From Anaerolineae bacterium (GTDB lineage: Bacteria; Chloroflexota; Anaerolineae; Aggregatilineales; Phototrophicaceae): a stretch of 64,000 nucleotides of DNA. Below the pieces are notes generated by a model that was not told where the DNA came from, searched no databases, and worked only from the letters and a program-made list of their open reading frames with translations. The position numbers and the translations under genes were made by a program. Positions 9,113-16,345 of the stretch are shown piece by piece; position 1 is the stretch's first letter; each line of letters begins with the position of its first letter. The stretch covers positions 18,567 through 82,566 of the forward strand of contig JAJEGA010000014.1 of NCBI GenBank assembly GCA_022820125.1. Direction: 5' to 3'.

Positions 9113-9820
9113 ATGCTTGATGAGATGCGCGCGGCTTTTTCTTTTCTGACCATCTTGCCGCTGCGCCCGCAGGCCAAGCGCAAGCCGGGCAAGACCTTGG
9201 CCTGGTTTCCCCTGGTCGGCTTGTGCATCGGCGCGATGCTGGCCGCGGTAGCGCATGTTTCGCCCTTTAACCATGACCTGACCGCCTTCTTCATCCTGCT
9301 CTTATGGGTGGTGGTCACGGGCGGCTTGCACCTGGACGGCTTCGGCGATAGCTGCGATGGCGTCCTGGCGAGCGCCGCGCCCGAAAGACGGCTGAGCATC
9401 ATGCGCGATCCGCGGGTCGGCGCTTGGAGCGCGGTCGGGCTGGTTCTTTTGCTGCTGGGCAAGTGGCTGGCGCTGCGGTCGGTCTCGCCTGAGTGGCTGC
9501 CATTGGCGCCGGTCTTGGGGCGCTGGGCGATGGTCTGGGCGGCATATCATTTTCCCGCCATCCGAGACGAGGGCATGGGCGCGCGTTTTCGCGACGGGCT
9601 GTCAATACGCGAGTTGCTCATCGCATCAGCCTGGGTCGCCATCCTGCTGACGCGCCCGGAAACCGGCGCGCTCTGGCTGTTGACATTCTGCTTCACAGTC
9701 GGTTTCGGTCGCTGGGCGGCGCGGCGTCTCGGCGGCGGACTCAACGGCGATGTTTACGGCGCCATCTGCGAGATGAGCGAGCTGATCTGCCTGCTCTTCA
9801 TCGGCTGCGTTTATGGCTAA
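9113..9820 (+). CDS. cobS: Adenosylcobinamide-GDP ribazoletransferase (cobalamin synthase)
   Basis: FSFLTILPL, GLHLDGFGDSCDG and a polytopic membrane profile. The ATG at 9113 lies inside the TTG-initiated ORF 9098-9820. Confidence 0.8.
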   Translation: MLDEMRAAFSFLTILPLRPQAKRKPGKTLAWFPLVGLCIGAMLAAVAHVSPFNHDLTAFFILLLWVVVTGGLHLDGFGDSCDGVLASAAPERRLSIMRDPRVGAWSAVGLVLLLLGKWLALRSVSPEWLPLAPVLGRWAMVWAAYHFPAIRDEGMGARFRDGLSIRELLIASAWVAILLTRPETGALWLLTFCFTVGFGRWAARRLGGGLNGDVYGAICEMSELICLLFIGCVYG

Positions 9821-10355
9821 GCGGCTGATCTTCCTGCTGGGCGGCGCCCGCAGCGGCAAGAGCCACTATGCCGAATCCTGGGCGCGCGCGCATGGCAATC
9901 GCGTGTTGCTCGTGGCGACGGCGGAAGCAAAAGACGCCGACATGCGCGGGCGCATCGCCGATCACCAAGCCGCCCGTCCGCCGGACTGGCATACCTTGGA
10001 AGCGCCCATCGATACCGCGCGGCAAATCGCGGCAACAGCATTTGAATACGACACCCTCATCCTCGATTGCATCACCCTGATGACGAGCAATATCTTGCTC
10101 AGCCTGCCGGATACGGCGACCCAAAAGGAAGCGAACGACGCGGCGCTCTGCGAAATTGAGCGATTGTTAGCGGCGCAGGCGAAATCGGACGCGACCTGGC
10201 TGGTGGTCAGCAACGAGGTGGGCATGGGCGTCGTTCCGCCGACGCGTTTGGGGAATCTGTATCGCGATATGCTGGGCCGCGCCAATCAGCGCATCGCGGG
10301 GCAAGCGGATGAGGCGCTGCTGCTGGTGGCGGGCATAGCGTGGCGGTTGAAGTGA
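9813..10355 (+). CDS. cobU: Bifunctional adenosylcobinamide kinase / adenosylcobinamide-phosphate guanylyltransferase
   Basis: P-loop LGGARSGKS. The 180-aa size fits, and the start overlaps the cobS stop. Confidence 0.85.
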   Translation: MAKRLIFLLGGARSGKSHYAESWARAHGNRVLLVATAEAKDADMRGRIADHQAARPPDWHTLEAPIDTARQIAATAFEYDTLILDCITLMTSNILLSLPDTATQKEANDAALCEIERLLAAQAKSDATWLVVSNEVGMGVVPPTRLGNLYRDMLGRANQRIAGQADEALLLVAGIAWRLK

Positions 10356-10361
10356 GGGGGT

Positions 10362-11243
10362 TCAGATGTTAGCGAAGAAGTCGGGGTGGACGGTGTACGC
10401 GGGCACCATCTCCTTTGAGACACCGAGCTCCAACTCCGCCAGTTTGTCAATTAACTGCTCGCCATCAATAAGGTCGATTTCTGGCGCTCCATCTCGCGTG
10501 GCTTCGCGTTTTGCTGCGGTCGTGAAATTGCCGGTTGTGACGATGAGCCCCTTGTCGGTTCGCCCCATCATCGCGCCGCGGAAGTCGCGAACGACGCTTG
10601 CCCCAATGGATCCCTTGTAGCGCTTGCATTGAAATAGCACCTTGAATGAGAGGAATCCTCCGATTCGCATAACTCCAATTCCGTCAATACCACCATCTCC
10701 GCTTCGTCCAGTAACCTCGACCTGCGTAAAGCCACTCTCGCGCAAGATTCTTTGAAAAAGCCGTTCAAAGGCAGACGGATCCATCTCCAGCAGCAAATCG
10801 TTGAGATCGGCGCGCCACGCTTCTTCAATTGCCGATTCATCTGTATAAGACAGCATATCGTTTGGATCATCCGAATCTGAATCGCCCGCTCTCTCTTTGG
10901 CCTTCTTTTCTCGCCTTATCTGCTCATTGACTACGCGGTCAACTTCTTTTGGGTCGACTTCGGTTGTCGCTTGACCCCTCCCCGTCAGTGCCCACACGCC
11001 TCTGCTGGAGTTTTCCAACAAACCGTACCGCTTAAGCCAGGTTCGCGCCCACGCTAAATCATATACGATTTTCGTCGGGCTGCTTTGACCGGTTTTGTGT
11101 GGAATGGCAATCTGCTGATCTGTAAGGCCAAGTATTACTACGGCTTTGTCGTGAATCTCATTATTTGACGCCGAACCGCCAAGTTCGTGAAGCGCCTGTA
11201 GAGTAGGATTCAATAGACCGCTTTTTGTCCAGTTCGTTGCCAC
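10362..11243 (-). CDS. mrr: Mrr-type restriction endonuclease (N-terminal winged-helix Mrr_N plus C-terminal Mrr_cat)
   Basis: 293-aa ORF. The C-terminal PD-(D/E)xK variant is intact: GDGGIDGIG ... FQCKRY ... GLIVTTGNFT. Confidence 0.8.
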   Translation of the reverse strand: MATNWTKSGLLNPTLQALHELGGSASNNEIHDKAVVILGLTDQQIAIPHKTGQSSPTKIVYDLAWARTWLKRYGLLENSSRGVWALTGRGQATTEVDPKEVDRVVNEQIRREKKAKERAGDSDSDDPNDMLSYTDESAIEEAWRADLNDLLLEMDPSAFERLFQRILRESGFTQVEVTGRSGDGGIDGIGVMRIGGFLSFKVLFQCKRYKGSIGASVVRDFRGAMMGRTDKGLIVTTGNFTTAAKREATRDGAPEIDLIDGEQLIDKLAELELGVSKEMVPAYTVHPDFFANI

Positions 11244-11284
11244 TTGATTCTCCCGACACTTGCTGACTTTCCACGCACGTAGTG

Positions 11285-11349
11285 CTAGCGATTATACCGC
11301 CCTCCAAACCACGCCTGGTCAATCACCACCCGCTCGACCGTCACCTGCT
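11285..11349 (-). pseudogene. 3' gene remnant of an Mrr_cat paralogue (reads QVTVERVVIDQAWFGGRYNR*)
   Basis: About 46 nt (11304-11349) are nearly identical to 12162-12207, the 3' end of the 190-aa gene. There is no upstream coding continuation. Confidence 0.7.
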
Positions 11350-11427
11350 TCGTCCAAGCACTTGGTCGTCTGGAGGAGATTGTACAATTGTGTTGTCGTC
11401 TTTCAGATTCGCAAAATTAGACAGGAT

Positions 11428-11637
11428 TTACTGGAGGAGATAGATTATCAAAGCGGCCAGCGCGATTTGCGTTCCGATGAACCACTTGATTAATTCGGCT
11501 TTCATTTTATACATATCTGTTCTCAGGTCTGCTTTCAGATCCGCCAAGTCTTCTTTTGTCGCATTGCTCTTGCTGCGCTCTTCCAATGTCGAGAGGCGGC
11601 TCTCGAATCCCAACGAGTCCATATCCGTCACAGCCAT
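11428..11637 (-). CDS. Small coiled-coil protein with C-terminal TM helix (DUF1640-like)
   Basis: 69 aa. LSTLEERSKSNATKEDLADLKADL..ELIKWFIGTQIALAALIIYLLQ. A paralogue lies at 11882-12058. Confidence 0.6.
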   Translation of the reverse strand: MAVTDMDSLGFESRLSTLEERSKSNATKEDLADLKADLRTDMYKMKAELIKWFIGTQIALAALIIYLLQ

Positions 11638-11713
11638 GTCAGATTCTCCTGCCCACCTTGCGCTACGTTACAATTCACACTATATCAAATCCTTAGCATA
11701 CTGTCGAATCACT

Positions 11714-11773
11714 TCACACCCGCTAAACTCTCCCAAACCACGCCCGGTCAATCACCACGCGCTCGACCGTCAC
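11714..11773 (-). pseudogene. Second 3' gene remnant of the Mrr_cat paralogue (reads VTVERVVIDRAWFGRV*)
   Basis: 11733-11773 match 12162-12202 with one or two mismatches. The TCACAC context of the authentic stop is also retained at 11714-11719. Confidence 0.7.
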
Positions 11774-11881
11774 ACAGTCTGGATTCACAGCAATTCAACC
11801 CTGGGGACGGACATACACTTTCTATCGAGCGGAACGCTGGCTTCGTGCGATGCGATTTAGCGGAGGCTCAAAGAAATGGAC

Positions 11882-12058
11882 TTACTGAAGGAGATAGATT
11901 ATCAAGGCAGCCAACGCGATTTGAGTGCCGATAAACCATTTGATCAGATCGGCTTTCAAATTGGACAAGTCTTCTTTAGTCGCTTGACTTGTGCTCCGCT
12001 CTTCCAAAGTGGATAAGCGACTCTCATAATTCAATGCGTCGACTTCAGTCATATTCAT
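11882..12058 (-). CDS. Small coiled-coil/TM protein, paralogue of 11428-11637 (58 aa, below the ORF-track cutoff)
   Basis: Hand translation: MNMTEVDALNYESRLSTLEERSTSQATKEDLSNLKADLIKWFIGTQIALAALIIYLLQ*. The C-terminal 19 residues are identical to the 69-aa paralogue, and there is an 11-codon internal deletion between KADL and KAEL. Confidence 0.6.
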   Translation of the reverse strand: MNMTEVDALNYESRLSTLEERSTSQATKEDLSNLKADLIKWFIGTQIALAALIIYLLQ

Positions 12059-12151
12059 GCCAAGCCCTTAATGTCCGTGTAACTGTTCGTTCCAACGGAC
12101 AGTATACCACAAAAGACATGCGACTGGCGTGACCCGTTCTTGCTAGGAGGC

Positions 12152-12724
12152 TCACACCGCCCCAAACCACGCCCGGTCAATCACCACCCGCTCGACCGTC
12201 ACCTGCTCCGTGCGCAAGCCCAGCTCCAGCTCCTTCAGCTTGCCAATCAACTCCTCGCCATCAATTAGCCGGATCTCCGGCGCGCGGTCGCTGGCCGCCT
12301 TGAGCGCCGCCTCCTGCGTGAAGCCGCCGGTGGTGATCAGCAGCCCTTTATCGGCGCGCCCGACCATGACCCGGCGCCGAAAATCATCGACCTCGGCTGA
12401 GCTGGTGCGCCCGCGCCCGCGGATGCAGCGGAAAGCAACGCGGAAGGTCAAGAAGCCGCCGCCGCCAAAGCTGCCGATGCCCTCAACCGTATCGTTGGCG
12501 CTGCTCAACTCAATCTGCCCCACGCCGTCTTTCTCAAGCAGCTGCAAGATCAGCCGCTGATACGCATCGGCGCTCATCTGCTCCAGCGTATCGGTCACTT
12601 CCTCGCGCCAGCCGGTCAAGCTCTCAATCAATTCCTGCGTGACCGCGCGCGCCTCGCCCGCGTTTTCCGGTGCCAGCGCTGTTGCAACCTCGGTCATCCG
12701 CCTGCCGTCTTCCCCGCTCATCAT
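12152..12724 (-). CDS. Mrr_cat-domain protein with degenerate catalytic motif (no Mrr_N domain)
   Basis: 190 aa. Aligns without gaps to the Mrr C-terminus, but GIDGIG becomes TVEGIG and FQCKRY becomes FRCIRG. Confidence 0.7.
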   Translation of the reverse strand: MMSGEDGRRMTEVATALAPENAGEARAVTQELIESLTGWREEVTDTLEQMSADAYQRLILQLLEKDGVGQIELSSANDTVEGIGSFGGGGFLTFRVAFRCIRGRGRTSSAEVDDFRRRVMVGRADKGLLITTGGFTQEAALKAASDRAPEIRLIDGEELIGKLKELELGLRTEQVTVERVVIDRAWFGAV

Positions 12725-12757
12725 TCACATCCTTTTTACAATTCCGCTTCCATTCTT

Positions 12758-13825
12758 TTATGCCCGCGCCAAGCTCGTCACCAGCAAATCCAAAGCCAGC
12801 CGCGGCTCAATTCTGCCCGTTTTCATATCCTGGTCATAACGCTGCAAGCGCTTCAGAATCGCGTCCAATTGCGCCGCGTTGAAACGCCGCGCCTGCGCCG
12901 CCAGCTTGCCAGCCACGAAGGGATGCGCGCCAACTGCTTTGGCAATCGCTTGCCCTTGAGCGGCACCGCCCCGGTCGATGTAGTCGCGCGTCATCGACAG
13001 CATGCGAAACTGGCGCACGATCAAGGCGAACAGCCTGAATCCCGCGTCACTCGGATTATCATGCAGCGACTGATGAATCAATGCCAAGGCGCTCGCGCCA
13101 TCGCCATTCGTCAAGGCATCAACCATTTCGAAGACGTTCGCTTCGGGCACATAGGGCGTCAAGGCGGCGACATCTTCTTCGCCAATCTCGCGCTCGCCAT
13201 CAACATAACAGACGAGCTTGTGCAGTTCATTATCCGCAGCCAGCAGCGCCAGCGCGCGCGCCTGCTTGCCTTCGCGGCGGCGTCTGGCATCCTTTGCACG
13301 GGCGTTTCGGCTATGGACATCGTAGCCGAGCAAATCGCTGATGGCGGCTACAGCTCGAGGGCTGATTTCCGTCCCATAGGACCGCGCGCGCGATCGCAGC
13401 CAATCGCGCAGATGGTCAGGCGCGCTATAATATCGAATGTAACCATTTTCCATCTTTTGCGCTGCTTTCAGCAGCTTGTTGCTGTCTTCCAAGGGCTCCG
13501 TTTCATAGAAGACCAGCCGCGCGAAAGCCGGCAATTTAGGCAGCTCGTCAATCAGCCGATCCGCCGCCGCCTTGCCCACGCGCCCCGCCCCTTTGCGCGT
13601 GATGAAGCCGATTAAGCCCTTGACAATTACAAGCCGTTTCTCCACCAGGAATGGCAGCGACTTAACCGCCGCCAGCACTTCCGCGGCCGACGTCTGCGCG
13701 CCCTCAAACTCGGAGCGGTTCAGGTCGCCTTCTTCGCCCATCGCCTCCCGCATCCGCGCCAAGGCGGCATCGCGGCTGATGCTGTCATCGCCGTGCAGGA
13801 TGTAAAAGGTGGGTGTGGCGCTCAT
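12758..13825 (-). CDS. holA: DNA polymerase III delta subunit
   Basis: 355 aa. The N-terminus FYILHGDD...SLPFLVEKRLVIVKG and the C-terminal helical domain are typical of HolA. Confidence 0.8.
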   Translation of the reverse strand: MSATPTFYILHGDDSISRDAALARMREAMGEEGDLNRSEFEGAQTSAAEVLAAVKSLPFLVEKRLVIVKGLIGFITRKGAGRVGKAAADRLIDELPKLPAFARLVFYETEPLEDSNKLLKAAQKMENGYIRYYSAPDHLRDWLRSRARSYGTEISPRAVAAISDLLGYDVHSRNARAKDARRRREGKQARALALLAADNELHKLVCYVDGEREIGEEDVAALTPYVPEANVFEMVDALTNGDGASALALIHQSLHDNPSDAGFRLFALIVRQFRMLSMTRDYIDRGGAAQGQAIAKAVGAHPFVAGKLAAQARRFNAAQLDAILKRLQRYDQDMKTGRIEPRLALDLLVTSLARA

Positions 13826-13832
13826 GGAGCCG

Positions 13833-14381
13833 CTAATCCTGGCGCGTCACAACGCGATGCAGCGTCACCTGCTGGTCGCCAAAGGGCAAGCGTTTGCTGT
13901 CGCGCGAGACGCTGACCAGCGCCATATCCCCCGGATCGCCCTCGGTTGTGAAGTGTTTCTGCAAGCTCATGCCCAGCGGCGTCGATAGCAAAACGACCGC
14001 CATCATCGCCACCACCATCGTCGGAAAGCGCTCCCAACTTTGGCGCAAGCCGCGCCCGGCGAAACCCAGAAAAGCCACCGCGGCCGCCAGAACGCCGGCC
14101 GTCACCAGATTGGTGCCGCAATTGGGATGAACCGCCAGTTTGCGCTCGCCCGCTTTCATCCGGCTCAAGGCTTCGCTCACAGCGCTCTCGACCTGCTCGG
14201 TCGGCACATCGCCCAGCAGGATGAAGCCGCCGTCGCCGCTGCGCCCGGACAGCTTGTAATTGCGCTGATTGAGAATGTGAATCGTAGCGTGCTCCAAACC
14301 GTGATTGCGCCGGACGCGCAAAATATATGGATGCCGCGTCACCGGTTCGGCATATTCAGCCAGCCGCTCCATCGGGCTCAT
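13833..14381 (-). CDS. Conserved hypothetical membrane protein (HGLEH / HPNCGT motifs)
   Basis: The ORF was trimmed to the Met preceded by AGGAAAGGA. An N-terminal soluble part with NHGLEHATIHIL and AVHPNCGTNL is followed by 2-3 TM helices. I do not recognise the family with certainty. Confidence 0.55.
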   Translation of the reverse strand: MSPMERLAEYAEPVTRHPYILRVRRNHGLEHATIHILNQRNYKLSGRSGDGGFILLGDVPTEQVESAVSEALSRMKAGERKLAVHPNCGTNLVTAGVLAAAVAFLGFAGRGLRQSWERFPTMVVAMMAVVLLSTPLGMSLQKHFTTEGDPGDMALVSVSRDSKRLPFGDQQVTLHRVVTRQD

Positions 14382-14468
14382 CGCGATTCCTTTCCTGGGA
14401 CTGCAAGCAGGCATAAACTTAGCACAAAGCGAGGCTGCTTTCGAGAGCCGCGTAGCGAAACCTGGCTA

Positions 14469-14477
14469 TGCTATAAT
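14469..14477 (+). promoter_or_regulatory. Extended -10 promoter element (TGcTATAAT) placed 7 nt before the ATG of the phosphatase gene, which implies a leaderless mRNA
   Basis: TGCTATAAT at 14469-14477 and the ATG at 14484. There is no room for a Shine-Dalgarno sequence, and no in-frame alternative start lies between the divergent gene and this ATG. Confidence 0.5.
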
Positions 14478-14483
14478 GCCGGC

Positions 14484-15065
14484 ATGAGCGAGCAAGCCAA
14501 ACCAGCCAGCGCCATCAAGCGCTTCGGTTCCTTCCTTAGAAACGGTCCCCGCGCTATAAGGCTTCGGGGATACGATGCCTACCACCGCCGCGAGACCGGC
14601 GCGCCCGTCTGGAAATACAGTGAGATCACGCCACAGTTATACGTCGGCGGGCAGCACAGAAAACAAGGCTACGCCGAAATGCGGGAATTCGGCATCACCG
14701 CCATCGTCAACATGCGGGAAGCCCAATTCAGTGATGCCCAGCAGGGTATCGGCGGCGAGCGCCACCTGCACCTGCCGACGGTTGATCACACCCCGCCCAG
14801 CGTTCAGGATTTGATGCGCGGCGTGGCATTCATCAGCGGCCACATCAAGCATTGCCCAAGCGCCAAAGTGTATATCCATTGCGCCGCCGGCTGCGGGCGC
14901 GCCCCCACGATGGCGGCCGCCTATCTCGTCTCTTTGGGCGAGGGGCCCGCCGAAGCCTGGAAACGAATCAAGGCTGCGCGGCCCTTCATCAACCCGACGA
15001 GCACGCAGAAACTGGCTGTAAAGCAATTCGCCGCCGCCTGGGCTGCTCAGCTCAATGAACGCTAA
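14484..15065 (+). CDS. Dual-specificity / tyrosine protein phosphatase family protein
   Basis: Active-site loop HCAAGCGRAP (HCx5R). The ORF was trimmed from 14040 to the first ATG outside the divergent gene. Confidence 0.8.
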   Translation: MSEQAKPASAIKRFGSFLRNGPRAIRLRGYDAYHRRETGAPVWKYSEITPQLYVGGQHRKQGYAEMREFGITAIVNMREAQFSDAQQGIGGERHLHLPTVDHTPPSVQDLMRGVAFISGHIKHCPSAKVYIHCAAGCGRAPTMAAAYLVSLGEGPAEAWKRIKAARPFINPTSTQKLAVKQFAAAWAAQLNER

Positions 15066-15859
15066 TGCCAAAGCTGATCATCACCGCCGATGATTGCGGC
15101 TTGACCGACGCCATTAACCAGAAAGCGCGCGAGCTGCATCAAGACGGTTACATCAGCGCCGCCAGCGTGATGACCAACTACCCGGCGCATCAGCGCGCGC
15201 TGAGACTCTTCCGCGCCTGCCCTGATCTCGATCTCGGCATCCATCTGTCTCTAACCGACGGCCACCCGGTCAGCGATGACGAAGAGCATCATCCGCATTT
15301 GCTAAATGAAGACTTCAGCTTCCGCAACAACCTCAGCCTCTATCTGCGCTCGCATTTCTTCAGGTCCGACGCCGTCCGCTGGATTCGCAACGAACTGGAC
15401 GCGCAGCTGCGCCGCTTCACCGACGCCGCTTTGCAGCCCCGGCACATCTCGACTCATCATCACTTCCATTCGATACCCCTGCTGCGCCGCATCGTGCACG
15501 ACCTGGCAAGCGAATATGGCGTGGACTGGGTGCGCGCTCATGACTTCCGCGCCAATGTCTCCCCGCATAATTACTGGCTGCGGCGGCAGCGCCAGCGCGC
15601 AAACGACGCCTTCACCATGCCTGATTATGTGACGGCGATCCAGGCGCATTTGAAACATTCGGTCGCCGACTTCTGCGCGCGCATCGCCCGCCTGAGCGGC
15701 GTCATCGAAATCGTCGTGCATCCGGCGCCGCGCCATGACCCCGACTTCCCGCCCGATTGGCATTATGGGCTGGCGCCCCGCCGCGCCGAAACCCAGTTCC
15801 TCATTCAAGCCGTCGACCGCCTGCGCGATATGGGAATCGGCAGCGAGCCAATCAGTTGA
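15065..15859 (+). CDS. YdjC/ChbG-family carbohydrate deacetylase
   Basis: MPKLIITADDCGLTDAIN and LGIHLSLTDGHP are YdjC signatures. Confidence 0.75.
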   Translation: MPKLIITADDCGLTDAINQKARELHQDGYISAASVMTNYPAHQRALRLFRACPDLDLGIHLSLTDGHPVSDDEEHHPHLLNEDFSFRNNLSLYLRSHFFRSDAVRWIRNELDAQLRRFTDAALQPRHISTHHHFHSIPLLRRIVHDLASEYGVDWVRAHDFRANVSPHNYWLRRQRQRANDAFTMPDYVTAIQAHLKHSVADFCARIARLSGVIEIVVHPAPRHDPDFPPDWHYGLAPRRAETQFLIQAVDRLRDMGIGSEPIS

Positions 15860-15964
15860 CAGGTCGCCAAGCGCAAGCGTCTCAATTCGTTTTTTGAAAA
15901 AGGAGTAGGCAGAAGGAGCGGAGATTTTCGTCCCTCGCGACCAATCTGCAAGATCGCTGCGGTC

Positions 15965-16138
15965 CTCAGTAAGTCCAATAAAGTAATGCAACAAAATGAA
16001 GGAACGTCGTAGGGGCGACTCTTGAGTCGCCCACCTGTACAATGGCGACATAGTGGGCGAGACAAGTCTCGCCCCTACAGATCTCGAATCAGATTAGCAT
16101 CGCCCTTTTTCGCATTACTTACTTTGTTCTACTTCTGT
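15965..16138. mobile_element. About 174-nt MITE-like element carrying a GTAG...CTAC double hairpin at its core (core 16009-16078)
   Basis: Roughly 94% identical (about 10 mismatches by eye) to 38603-38776 in the same orientation. The flanks are an imperfect inverted repeat (AAGTAATGCAACAAAA vs the reverse complement of TTTTTCGCATTACTT). Confidence 0.7.
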
Positions 16139-16182
16139 GCTTTATGCGCTTTCTTTTTTTTGAATCCGCTCACGGCGCAACT

Positions 16183-16210
16183 GTAGGGGCGTCTGACCCG
16201 CTGTGTCTAC
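16183..16210. repeat. Truncated or degenerate GTAGGGGCG... repeat arm
   Basis: GTAGGGGCGTCTGACCCGCTGTGTCTAC. Only the left-arm signature is present. Confidence 0.35.
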
Positions 16211-16257
16211 GCGCGGCGCCGAGGGGCTGTGTTGGGATTGCTATTTTCCAACCTTGA

Positions 16258-16286
16258 TTGACAGCGCCAATGCCTTGCCCTACAAT
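16258..16286 (+). promoter_or_regulatory. Consensus sigma-70-type promoter upstream of mutS2 (TTGACA-N17-TACAAT)
   Basis: TTGACA at 16258-16263, a 17-nt spacer and TACAAT at 16281-16286, 60 nt upstream of the ATG at 16346. Confidence 0.6.
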
Positions 16287-16345
16287 GACCCGCGCCTGTT
16301 CCAGCTTCGGATACAAGCCAATAACTTAAGCGGACAACTCGGCGC

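Noticed and set aside
15302-16051. 249-aa minus-strand ORF opposite the YdjC-like gene and extending into the repeat element
   Set aside because: It is antisense to a gene with YdjC signatures, and its 5' part is encoded by the repeat element.
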